This document shows, piece after piece, positions 24,332-36,162 of a DNA stretch of 39,976 nucleotides (positions are counted from its first letter, which is position 1; every line of letters begins with the position of its first letter). This DNA comes from Octopus bimaculoides (lineage: Eukaryota), in contig NC_068987.1 of NCBI RefSeq assembly GCF_001194135.2, positions 36,735,117-36,775,092 on the forward strand, in the 5' to 3' direction. The notes beneath the pieces were generated by a model. The model was not told the origin of the DNA, did not search any database, and saw only the letters and a list, made by a program, of their open reading frames with translations. A program made the position numbers and the translations under genes.

Positions 24332-24969
24332 NNNNNNNNNNNNNNNNNNNNNNNNNNNNNNNNNNNNNNNNNNNNNNNNNNNNNNNNNNNNNNNNNNNNN
24401 NNNNNNNNNNNNNNNNNNNNNNNNNNNNNNNNNNNNNNNNNNNNNNNNNNNNNNNNNNNNNNNNNNNNNNNNNNNNNNNNNNNNNNNNNNNNNNNNNNNN
24501 NNNNNNNNNNNNNNNNNNNNNNNNNNNNNNNNNNNNNNNNNNNNNNNNNNNNNNNNNNNNNNNNNNNNNNNNNNNNNNNNNNNNNNNNNNNNNNNNNNNN
24601 NNNNNNNNNNNNNNNNNNNNNNNNNNNNNNNNNNNNNNNNNNNNNNNNNNNNNNNNNNNNNNNNNNNNNNNNNNNNNNNNNNNNNNNNNNNNNNNNNNNN
24701 NNNNNNNNNNNNNNNNNNNNNNNNNNNNNNNNNNNNNNNNNNNNNNNNNNNNNNNNNNNNNNNNNNNNNNNNNNNNNNNNNNNNNNNNNNNNNNNNNNNN
24801 NNNNNNNNNNNNNNNNNNNNNNNNNNNNNNNNNNNNNNNNNNNNNNNNNNNNNNNNNNNNNNNNNNNNNNNNNNNNNNNNNNNNNNNNNNNNNNNNNNNN
24901 NNNNNNNNNNNNNNNNNNNNNNNNNNNNNNNNNNNNNNNNNNNNNNNNNNNNNNNNNNNNNNNNNNNNN
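24332..24969. other. Assembly gap (N). Other gaps: 10620-10645, 27572-27957, 28563-28572, 29366-29448, 32312-32337
   Basis: Runs of N, each bordered by microsatellite; they could hide exons. Confidence 1.
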
Positions 24970-25016
<47 letters not shown>

Positions 25017-25149
25017 CATGCTCAAAATATTCACACGGAAACATATACATGGATATATGTATGTACATGATTATGTGTATGTGTGTATGTGCATACACAT
25101 TTTATCACTGACGGATAGTTTTGGTTCCATCAACTAAGTAGTTACACCA

Positions 25150-26070
25150 GTCAACCTAGTTCGATATAGTACTGTTCTAGTGGCGTGAGTTGCACTTTAG
25201 TGGAGATCATTCTTAGGCAGTGCAGAGCGTTCACTCTACCGACATCTATGTAGCAGAATATATTTCAGGTCGTCATGAAATATCATCAGCAATAGCGGAA
25301 TATGGACGGTGGAAAGAATTTAACAGTGCTTTCTATGTGCTGCTTCTATGATTTCTGCAACAGATGAACTGCTTGCCTAACCAAACCTTGAAGAACACTT
25401 CATTTGTGAGTTATACAGAACTGGGTGACTTTGACAACATTTTTTCATATTAGATACGTTGGTGTTGACTAATACAGGTTGAAGAGCATGGGCAACCACG
25501 CTGCTTTAGAGTACATTCTGAAAGCGCTTGTCCATTAATACATGATATAGATAACCAAGTCTAAGGTAGATCTGACTCTATGGAAATCACACTGCTGGTC
25601 AGTAAGAACGGAAAGAAATTTAACGTGACATAGTATATTTTCCATTACCTTCATAGCTGTTGAGGATAAGGAGAGGAATGTAGTTATCGGGTTTCGGTTG
25701 ATTGTCATAATTGGCAATTATACCGAGATGTATTTCATTGAGTTATATGATTTAAGTGGGACATGCACTTAGCAGATGTGTACAAGCAATGGAGAAATAG
25801 ACTAATTATAGAGAACTAGTTGGAAGGAATGTTGGTTTAGTGGATCGTGTTAATGTGGAAACAAAACACACATTAATGAGGTAAATTTATTTGTGGGAGT
25901 GCACGTTACAGTCACCAAGACTGGGGAATGACGTTTTGATGTAATTTGTAATTTTGGATGGTAAAAATACTGCCTTGTGTTATTTACGTGTACTTTTTGT
26001 GCGACAATCTAGATGACCAAGGCATGGATTTTAAGAGTCCAGTTGAGAGGCAGGTGGACGTAAAGCATCT
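25150..26070 (-). mobile_element. Highly decayed CR1/L2-type LINE (APE and RT remnants)
   Basis: Minus-strand peptides GDCNVH (APE GDFN.H), RNPITTFLSLSSTAMKVME and LTDQQCDFHRVRSTLDL (cf. YRPISLL..KVME, LSD.QYGFR..RST.DL), and AIADDIS (YADD). Confidence 0.65.
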
Positions 26071-27488
26071 AGTGGTTTAGAATTTTTCTATTTTATAAAG
26101 TATGCGTAAATAAATACTGTTTAGGAGACTGGGAGAGGTTACATGTGAAGTACATTTAGAACAAGAAATAGAACTGGCAGAACACTAACCATTTAACTCT
26201 CTCAACGTACCGTATATACATAGTCTGTCTATTTGTTGCACATTTACACATAGAACTGATAATGCAGTTTGGGCTACTGCTTTTGAACAGAAAAAAATCA
26301 CTTAATCAACGTTTATAGCTCTCAAGTGTGGTTACCCAAACGATCTATTTAAAACAGGCTAAACGAATCGTATAGATCGTCACCATAAAGCGGCTGGAAT
26401 CTTTTCAAGATATCCACCTCCGATAGCGAATTTTGGACATTATATCTGATCGCTTATGACATATTGCAGAGGGCTTCAGTGTCGGGAATTTCTTTCATTG
26501 CGAATATCTACAGTTACGTTACTATTTAAAATATAAAGTAGTATGTTAAAGAATTAGATTTTCACCAAAGCGCTCGTTTCTCGCCGTTGAGTTTTTTAAC
26601 TTATTGTGACAGAGATATCGAATTTTCAATTTCTCGATCAAACTAATAAGATGTGGATGAAAACGACTTTTGAAAATGCTCACCATTTGTCTCGCATAAT
26701 TTCTTTCAGTGCCGAGTATTATTGTTTCTCAGAATAGGACTTTCTTGGAGGAGGGGGATTTCCTAAGCAAACATTTGGGTAGATTTCGACAGGTACTTGC
26801 TAGCTGTTGGTGTATAGACTATATTAAGTGTGATTGCTGTAGAAGTATCAGATCTGGGAGGTGTAATAAAATAGTTAAATAAGTAGTTGAATTGCTAACA
26901 TTTATGCTAAGGTAGCAAATATCTTATTAGAGCCAAGGAATTACTTGTATGGTTGTATGGAAGATTAAACCAAGTTACATTCCTTTGTCTGTTTTACATG
27001 GCTGTGGGGTTGCTGGAGACTTTTCTAAATAAACTACATTATCGCCGAGGCTTTCTTAGTAATTGCGATGATACAGCAGAGACTCTTCTATTCCAACCAC
27101 AAGGTTCCTAATTATAGCCATTGAGTGGTTGGAAGTTTTATGGAATGTTCACTTTCGGCGTCTTTTGGTGATAGACTATTCTTATTTTTAAGCTAGTGTT
27201 TTGTTTTTTTTTTGCAAAGGTAACTCTCATTGTATGAAAGTTATCAGTTATATTCAAATCAAAATATATAGATATCTATTTTAGAAGCTTTCCAAATCTG
27301 TCTTTAATGTAATAATTCATACTGAAAGAGATAATCGCCCCATTGTATGCAGAATTATTGGTGCTGCAGTTTAGTAGCACTGCAAGTGACGAATGAAATA
27401 CTGAGCATCAGACACCTCAGTTCTACCACAGCTCACTATAGCCCTACAACAGTTCTATCACAGCTCTACATTATCTCTACTACAGCTT

Positions 27489-27571
<83 letters not shown>

Positions 27572-28572
27572 NNNNNNNNNNNNNNNNNNNNNNNNNNNNN
27601 NNNNNNNNNNNNNNNNNNNNNNNNNNNNNNNNNNNNNNNNNNNNNNNNNNNNNNNNNNNNNNNNNNNNNNNNNNNNNNNNNNNNNNNNNNNNNNNNNNNN
27701 NNNNNNNNNNNNNNNNNNNNNNNNNNNNNNNNNNNNNNNNNNNNNNNNNNNNNNNNNNNNNNNNNNNNNNNNNNNNNNNNNNNNNNNNNNNNNNNNNNNN
27801 NNNNNNNNNNNNNNNNNNNNNNNNNNNNNNNNNNNNNNNNNNNNNNNNNNNNNNNNNNNNNNNNNNNNNNNNNNNNNNNNNNNNNNNNNNNNNNNNNNNN
27901 NNNNNNNNNNNNNNNNNNNNNNNNNNNNNNNNNNNNNNNNNNNNNNNNNNNNNNNNNATATATATATATATATATAAGTTTCTGAGTTCTGTAAAGAGAT
28001 AGACACGTATAAACTAATACAGAAGTATCGAGAAAAGAGTGAAGATAAGTAACATACATATAGAGACATAGACACAGACGCACACATATGCCCATATCAA
28101 ATAACCATGGACAAATACACACAAATATATGTATATGTGTGTCCTAACTATATGTATAATAGAGAGTGGCTATTAGGTTCGGAACGTTTCGTCAATATTT
28201 TCCTCCAAAGAAATTTAATTACAAACCAAGCCACTTTATAATGAGATAGTTTTGCCGTTCGTGCTATTTGTTATGGAGAAGGACAATATTTCTCTGTAAA
28301 CAGTTCAATAGTTTGTTTTGTTTTGTCTTGTGATTTTGTCATTTTTTGTTTTTTGTTTTTTCATTTCTCGTTCAATATATATTTTTTTAACCCTTTTTAA
28401 TAGCTAACAGTATCACGTTCTATATATAAATGTCTGATTAGCAACGTTATTTCACGCAAAAACACACAGAGACTTACAAATATACAGAAACGTATATAAA
28501 CACTTATATTTATCGATATGTGTGTGTTTGTGCATCTCCGAATATATGTGTGTATCCATTTANNNNNNNNNN

Positions 28573-28611
<39 letters not shown>

Positions 28612-29448
28612 CATATATTTTATATAAAATTGGATGTATTAAAATTGCAAGCATTTATATATTGTGTGTGTATATGTGGTTATGTGTGTATATATGTTAC
28701 GTATGTTTGTGCATGTTTAATTAATATGTATGTTCGTATGTCTGTCTACAAGTTTTTAATTGTGTATGAATACTGATGGCTTTATCGCGCGTCAACTTCA
28801 GGTGTATGATTACCAACTAAAATATAATATTATGCTGATATGTGATCATAAACATATATAGACACACTATGGTGGGGAGAGGCCTTGAGTAAGATAGATA
28901 GTGAGAGAAAGAAAATTATTAATAGTCGGAAGAAAATTGAATAAAAAAAGAGAGCTTGAGAGAGGAATACAGAATATGATACAGAGTGTATATCAGATTG
29001 TCATAAGAGATGAGTTCAAAATTTTAAATGATTCATAGATGGATTGGTAGATAGGAAACAAAGGTATGCGTATGGAAATGTTAATGTTTTTAATGTGTTT
29101 AAGCATATTTGGAAATACAATCACGTGTTTTTTTATATTTCGGAGTTACAATTATTTACCAAAAGACAATGACCACATTAAAATTGTACAATTGACATTC
29201 TTCATGAAGATTTGTGCATTCACAGTTGGTGAAGATCCCTTACGTTGTTGTTGGTTGTTGTTTTTTAAGCTTAGATAATGCTTAAATATCGGTGTGTAGT
29301 TTTGGGTGGTTCTGTGGCATATACGTGTATGTGTGTGTATGCGTCAGTATTTATATATGTATATANNNNNNNNNNNNNNNNNNNNNNNNNNNNNNNNNNN
29401 NNNNNNNNNNNNNNNNNNNNNNNNNNNNNNNNNNNNNNNNNNNNNNNN

Positions 29449-29507
<59 letters not shown>

Positions 29508-29789
29508 TTTGAAGTGATGTAAATATATTGTATATTTAGAATAAAAAGGTAGTCAGAATGCTGGATGATTATATGTATTTTTCATTTGCATTATATTTAC
29601 ATTTTTAGCGCTTTCTTCCGTTATCGGTTTTTGTATTGGTATGGTCACACTTGTTTGTTTAGTACGTAATGGCCTTTTAAAGTGGGGAAGGAAAAAGAAT
29701 TTTTGTATTTGAATTGGTCAAGGCTTTAACTGAAAAACCACATATTGTTTTCGACTTTCTTCAGTAAAAATTATAATTACATTTCCAGG

Positions 29790-29792
29790 TCT

Positions 29793-29871
<79 letters not shown>

Positions 29872-29900
29872 TGCATACTTTTATTTCTGAATGTATATAG

Positions 29901-29936
<36 letters not shown>

Positions 29937-30050
29937 TTGTATATATGTATGCATGTATGTATGCATGTATGTGCGTGTGTGTGTGTGTGTGTGTTTGCGT
30001 GCGTGCGTGCGTGCGTGTGTGCGTGCGTGCGTGCGTGTACGTATGTGTAT
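29790..30050. repeat. Compound (GATA)n/(TG)n/(TATG)n/(TGCG)n microsatellite
   Basis: Visible arrays immediately downstream of the mucin exon. Confidence 0.95.
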
Positions 30051-30072
30051 GATGAGAAAATTATTTACCTAC

Positions 30073-32085
30073 TTGGTGAAACATCAGTTGTGGTAAGAAC
30101 CGGCTCCGTTGTCGTTAATGAAATATCCGTCATCGACTGCGATTGAACCAGTGTGTGTTCTGTATATATGTTTTCGGTAACAGGAGTGGTCTGTGGTTTC
30201 AGGCTTCCAGAAGTAATTATAGGTGTTGAGTTATAGGCTTCCGTGTTGATTGTATCAGAGGTAACAAAATTTAAAGTTGAACCTGAAGCCAGGTATGATA
30301 TTGTATTAGATACTGTGGATACTTCTTTGACGTTATCATATGTTGTACTGACAATATCAGGTGTTGTTACCAGTGTATAAGGTGGAGTGTCTTTCGGTGT
30401 AACAATAATGTATGTAGTAGAATCTGTTGTTTCTGTAGAAAGTGATACATCTTGTGTAGTATTGTGTTTCGTATAATCATGAGTTTGTGACATTGTGATT
30501 TGTGTCGAGTCAGTGATATCTCCAGATGCCGTAAAATCTGGAGTAATGTTGCTCACATCTGGTGTGATGTTGCTAGTATCTCTTACGTCGCTATGCGATG
30601 TCAAATCATGTATAATACTTTGAGTGTTATAGTTAATATCAAGTGTTGTGATATCTCTCTCTTTCATATCAACCGTCGTAATATCTTCGATATTAGTTAT
30701 AGAATTCACCGTTGGTCGTGAGGTATCGTACATGGTTAAACGTTCATCAGGTGTTGTAAGGTCGGAAGTGAACATTATGTCAGCTTGGCTGGTTGTTTCT
30801 GGTTTATTCTTGTCAGTAGGAAGCAGAAAATCAGCCGTTTGGACTGTTGTGGGCGAAACTGGAATTTCTTCAGTATTAGTTACATCAAAATTTGTGAGAT
30901 CGTTCGTGGTAAATATCGATCCTGGTGTAAATAATTCATCATCAAGTGTCTGCATACTGGTTACTGAGGTTTCTGTAATGTCCTTATAATCTGTGTTGAA
31001 AGTTGATGGTTTATTGATAATGTCAGGTGAAAATTTTTCTGTCATTTCTGTAAAGGCTATCGTTGAAATCTCTGAATTTTTAACATTTTTATTTGTATCA
31101 GTGAGATAATCTTCAGTTTTGTAATTTTCAGATGTCAACGGCTTAGTTATTATCATGTTATTTAATTCAGTTATTTCCGTCGACCTAGAAAAATCTTGAG
31201 CAAGACTACTGTCTGTTAAAGATGTCCAGCCTGACACGAACAGCGGCGAGTTTTCTCTCACTGTACTCACATCAATGTCATCATCCCCAGCAAGTTCAGA
31301 ACCAAAGTATGATATTGTCACAAGTGTGAACATGGAATTATCAGATACCATGTCGTTATTATTGTTCGTGTTGTAAATGTTATTGGTACTAGTTTCTGAA
31401 ATTCCATCATATTCTGGGTTTTGCGATAGTTCGGCTACGTTTGTCTGTCTTTCAGAAGAAATCAATGGAGTGACGTCAGCAATATCCCTTGTGTTTGTAA
31501 ACGATGTCAAATTTTGTGCTGTGTTTTGTGACGAATAATCAATGCCAGTTGTTGTGATGCTCATTATCAGTGACGTATTTCCAGATGTAGTTACATCGAC
31601 GACTTCTGATGTTGTGCTTTCATACAAAACAGACAGAAGAGTGTTGTCGTTTTCAGTAACAATATTTGATGGAGTATAACTATCTGTAGAAAAAACCTCA
31701 TTTGATTGAGTAACATTTGATACCGGTAGTGAAACTCCTGAATGAATTTCTTCATGTGATGTTAATTTACTTGTGAATGAATGATCTGAAAATGAGAGCG
31801 TATTCCCATTAATATCATTCGTAGTTATATCATTATTTGTCATCTCATTTACTCCCGGGGTTACCATTTTAAGAGAACTTTTCTCAACGGTCGATTGTTG
31901 AATATTATCCAGTGTAGATAATTGCATGACTTTAGTATTAATCAATGTCTGTGTTACTTTGTATATGGGCTGAACTTGCGTTGATGTGCCTCCATCTAGC
32001 TGACCCTGTGATGTCAGTTTGGCAACAGTTGAAGATTTCGTTTCTAGGAACTGGGAACTTGGACTATCTGATGGATTAGCAGTCT
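30073..32085 (-). CDS. Large mucin-like (Ser/Thr/Asp-rich, Cys-free) exon, ~671 codons, starting xETANPSDSPSSQFLETKSS...
   Basis: Open frame of >2 kb in repeat-rich DNA. Acceptor ttttttgtcttctttcag|AG at 32085 is phase 1, and the frame is open 140 nt upstream of the ORF-track start. Donor is either CCAA|GTAGGT (30073, phase 1, in frame with the Ig1 exon) or AG|GTAAAT (30069, phase 2). Confidence 0.9.
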
Positions 32086-32109
32086 CTGAAAGAAGACAAA
32101 AAAATTACA

Positions 32110-32276
32110 TATACACATATACAGGTGCATACATACATACAGACAGACAGACAGACAGACAAACAGATAGATAGATAAATAGATAGATAGATAGATAGAT
32201 AGAGACATACATATAGATATGTGCATATATGCATGAATGTGTATATTTGTGTATGTGAGTGTGTGGTGTGTGTGTG

Positions 32277-32307
<31 letters not shown>

Positions 32308-32311
32308 TTTC
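32110..32311. repeat. Compound (GACA)/(GATA)/(TG)n microsatellite
   Basis: Visible arrays upstream of the mucin exon acceptor. Confidence 0.9.
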
Positions 32312-32615
32312 NNNNNNNNNNNNNNNNNNNNNNNNNNGGGGGGGGGGGACGTGCATACGGAAATGAATTTTAATTAATAGTCATTTTCTTATAAACAACA
32401 TTAAACTGCATAGGCATTTGTAAGTGGTATCAATGGTAGAGCAGCAGTCATGCTCAATTATGTTTCCGCAAATTCTGAGACGCTATTACTTTTGTTAGTA
32501 CTGCTGAGGGTGGTGATGAGGGTGGTGGTGATTATGGTGCTGATCAGGCTGAGATAGTTGATGCTCATGCTGATTTTTTGCTAACTCTGTATAATCTTTG
32601 TATCAGAAAATAATA

Positions 32616-33200
32616 ATGGGAGACCCTCAGCTTACTCAAGAAATGAAGAGGCATGCTGCTGTTTTGGTTATAAAGGCTGAGCTAGCGATTTAGAAATATC
32701 TCGATTTTTAAAAGTTGCCAGATCTTTCGTCTACAAAGTTTGTAAGGAGTAAGAGACTGAAGATGGAAACGTATCACCAGGATCAAAGCATAAAAAGCAT
32801 TCTAAACGCTTAGAAATCATCGGAACACTTGAATTTAGTCAGCAAGTTCAACAGACTATTGATTACAATCCCAGAAAGTCCATGAAGTCAAATGCATGTG
32901 TCAAAAGGAACAGTTAGAAATGTTGTCCACGAAGACATCATATATAAGTCTTATGTAATTAGAAAAGGTCAATTTGTCAGAAAAAAATCAAAAGAAAATC
33001 ACTAAATCAGATCTAAAAGGTTCTTAAACAAACTGAAAAATCCAGCAGAAGATTTGATTTGGTTTTTCTCAAGCGAGAAAAACTTCGACAAAGATCAAAA
33101 ATTAACGGAAGAAATGGCAGATGTGCAGACCCTTCTGATGATCAAAAATTTCCTGATGTTACAAAATTTCATCCAACTATCATGGTTTTAGGGGTTGGTA
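32616..33200 (+). mobile_element. 5' half of a second maT (DD37D)-like transposase, decayed
   Basis: Peptides MGDPQLTQEMKRHA, DLEISRFLKVARSFVYKV, VSKGTVRNVVHEDI.YKSYV.RKGQF, WFFSSEKNFDKDQK and FHPTIMVLGVG; truncated at about 33200. Confidence 0.85.
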
Positions 33201-33235
33201 CTTTCACAACGTTTCTGCCAGCTCGCAGCCTAGAG

Positions 33236-34540
33236 CTTCTCCAGGTATTGCAAAATCTATGATCTTGGTTACTGTTTTGTTTTGTTTTTTCCTTTTCTAT
33301 CACAACAATATCTACTCTCCGAGCCTTGATTAGGGAGTCACATTGGATTGTAAAATCCCATAGTATCTTATATTATTTGTTCTCGGTGACTCCTGTTTCA
33401 TGTTCGTACCATTTCCGTGCTCTGTTCAGACCGTACTTTTCAATTAGCCCCCAGTTTACGAACTTAGCCACGTTATCGTGCCTACATTCGTAGTGCTTTT
33501 GGGCCAGCTTGCTGCACTCACTTACAATATGTGAGATTGTTTGGTTTCAGCAGCAACACAACCTATAAAGGGACAATTCAATGCTCATACCTATTTGGAA
33601 CTTGGTATAATTAGTTATCAGAGCTTGTCCTTAGGCGCTGCATATCTATGTCTCAGTGTATCCTTTCAGATCATTGTTTCTTAACCATCTCCAAGTGTTG
33701 ATTTTGTCTTTTCCATCGATTTCTCTGAGGTATTTTCCATACAGTAGTTTCATTTTCCAGTTATTTATTTTTTTCTTCTTCATCTTGTTTCTTAAATGTT
33801 TGTGGGAGGCATCACATTTTCGGTAAGTATTGTATCTAAGGGCAGCAAGCAAGGATTCACTCTGCTGTTTGATGTACCATCCCAGACTGTTCTTCTCGTT
33901 GACAACACAGACCTTGCATCTTATGAGACCTCTTCCTCCCCTGTTTCTTGGCACATTCAGTCTGTCAGTATCACTTTTAGAGGTGTAATTCCTTGTTAAT
34001 TATCATCACTTTTCTAGTTTTCCTGTCCATTTCCTTAAGCTCGTTCTTTATCCACCTAATAACACCAGCACCGTATCGTATTAAAGAAACAGCCCATGTG
34101 TCGTTGCCCTGATTTTGTTTTTTCCATAATTAACCTGGTTCTTCTGTGATATTCTCGCCTAAAGCTCTCTTTCATTTCACTTTCCTTGATTTTGTCGTAT
34201 TCTAAAATCCCCAGATATTTATATCCATTAGTCTCAATATCCTTCACTTTCTCGCCGTTGGGTAGCTCTATACCATCTGAGGACACTCCTTTACCACTTT
34301 GTATTATAAGCATACCACACTTTTTAGTCCCAAATTCCATTTCGATATCCATACTGAATATTTGCACTGTTGAAACTAGGCCATTTATTTCACGTTCGGT
34401 CTTTCCCCCAAAGATCTTTAAGTCATCCATATATAACAGATGATCTAATTTTCCTCCACTTTTCAAGGTGTACTCCGACGTCACTTTCCGTAGTATCTTT
34501 CTTAGGGTTATCACACAAATCACAGCAATCTCCTTGAAAT
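33236..34540 (-). mobile_element. R4/Dong-clade non-LTR retrotransposon, truncated at both ends (RT, CCHC remnant, restriction-like endonuclease)
   Basis: Peptides HLLYMDDLKIF, MEFGTKKC, GYKYLGILE, PRNRGGRGL, HIVSECSKLAQKHY..RHDNVAK, KILWDFTIQCD, RRVDIVV and IIDFAIPG. Confidence 0.9.
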
Positions 34541-34542
34541 AT

Positions 34543-34570
34543 ATTATTATGATTATTATTATTATTATTA

Positions 34571-34637
<67 letters not shown>

Positions 34638-34638
34638 C
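34543..34638. repeat. (ATT)n microsatellite
   Basis: Visible trinucleotide run; gives poly-Ile ORFs. Confidence 0.95.
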
Positions 34639-34640
34639 TT

Positions 34641-34860
34641 AAGGTGGTGAACTGACAGAATCATTAGTACGCCGGGCAAATGCTTAGCGGCACTTCGTCC
34701 ATTTTCACGTTCTGAGTTCAAATTCCGCTGAGGTCAGCTTTACCTGTCATCCTTTCGGGGTCAATAACTTATGTACCAGTGAAGCATTGGGGTCGATGTA
34801 ATTGACTAGTCCCCTCCCACCAAATTACAGACCTTATGCCTTTAGTACGAATGACTATTA
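34641..34860 (+). mobile_element. SINE family A, full length
   Basis: AAGGTGGTGAACTGACAGAATC..GAGTTCAAATTCCGC..TCATCCTTTCGGGGTCAATAA..GATGTAATTGACTAG. Confidence 0.88.
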
Positions 34861-35102
34861 TGATGATGATGACATGTCGACTGTGATTTGTCACAGGATT
34901 TAGTTTGTGTACGTATGTCCCATGATTTCAATAGAGTGTTGCACATGTAGTTGTGTTTGTATTAGGGCCTGTGCGCACTGATGTGCAAGTTTGTGTGGAT
35001 TTATGCATGTGCGTCTGATTAGAAATACCAGTTTGTTGTTTTAACTTTAGTGAACGTTTTAGAACTATTTCAAACACAAATAACTCTATTTTCATCAGAA
35101 AC

Positions 35103-35236
35103 AAGAAGAAGAAGAAGAAGAAGAAGAAGAAGAAGAAGAAGAAGAAGAAGAAGAAGAAGAAGAAGAAGAAGAAGAAGAAGAAGAAGAAGAAGAAGAAGAA
35201 GAAGAAGAAGAAGAAGAAGAAGAAGAAGAAGAAGAA
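35103..35236. repeat. (GAA)n microsatellite
   Basis: Perfect run; gives the poly-R ORF. Confidence 0.97.
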
Positions 35237-36005
35237 ACAGTTACATTTTACGATATTTACTTTTTAACAAATATTCTCTTCTATTGTTTAATCAGTGTCA
35301 CACGTGAATAATGAAAAAATACATCTTAAAAGTATAAACCACGCAACCACAGGATTCAGAATGACATTATCAACAGGAACAATGGCAACAGTTGCAGTAG
35401 TAGTGGCAGTAGCAGCAGCAGTGACAGACCTGTTAACAAAATGGTGACAAAAATGGCGATTCTATTGATATTTGTTCTAACAAAGTAATTGTATTTTCTA
35501 CAAAGATATTGGAACCTATAAAATAAGTATCGATTTGTTGATCCCAGATAATCGATTTACTTTCCAAATTTGAACTAATACTCCTTCTCCTTTCACAAGT
35601 ATTTTTACTATTATTATAAATTTTGTTCTTGATGTTCTCAGTGCACTTTTATTTTTGTTACTGAAACTAGTAGAAAAATTGGAATGATATGGGAAGCTGA
35701 TTATTATTTTAGTTGAATTCTCTGCAAGTAAGGCACAGGTGGCTCTGGTGAGCTGTAAACTTGATGTTACTGTCATTTGGGCATTGTTGACTAGGTTCAT
35801 TTTCTACAGTGTATAAATGATGTAGCGCTCATGGTAACGTTGAAGACAAGAGCGTTTGAGCTTTTCGAAGGGAATCAAGTCGTGTCATTCCCTTTATTGT
35901 ATGGTTTTGCCTTTTGTAATTAGTCTCCGACTTCCTTCAATTTTCTTAATATTTTGTTTAATATAGAGCGACCAGGATAGGCAACAATATTTTATACATG
36001 AGAAC

Positions 36006-36162
36006 GTCCGTCGCTACGTTCTGGGTTCCAATTCCGCCGAGGCCGACTTTGCCTTTCATCATTTCGGGGTTGATCAAATAAGTACCAGTTGAGGGCTGAG
36101 GTTGATGTAATTGACTGGTCCTCTCCCCGAATTTTGCTGGCCTTATGCCAAAATTTGAAGCC
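36006..36162 (+). mobile_element. SINE family A, 5'-truncated
   Basis: TTCCGCCGAGGCCGACTTTGCCTTTCATCATTTCGGGGTTGATCAAATAAGTACCAGTTGAG..GCTGGCCTTATGCCAAAATTTGAA. Confidence 0.85.

Noticed and set aside
26211-26279. 69-nt phase 1-1 candidate exon on minus (NAGNAGNAG acceptor, G|GTACGT donor; AVAQTALSVLCVNVQQIDRLCIY)
   Set aside because: The splice signals are plausible, but the peptide has no domain character and short open frames arise easily by chance. Left unresolved.
30065-31945. 626-aa ORF as a complete single-exon gene
   Set aside because: It starts at TTG, the frame is open further upstream to a strong acceptor at 32085, and the stop lies within the donor site.
35345-35440. Cys-rich or Leu-rich (signal-peptide-like) frames on minus
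   Set aside because: This is a degenerate (CTG/CTA) trinucleotide repeat; both frames stop and there is no ATG or donor.
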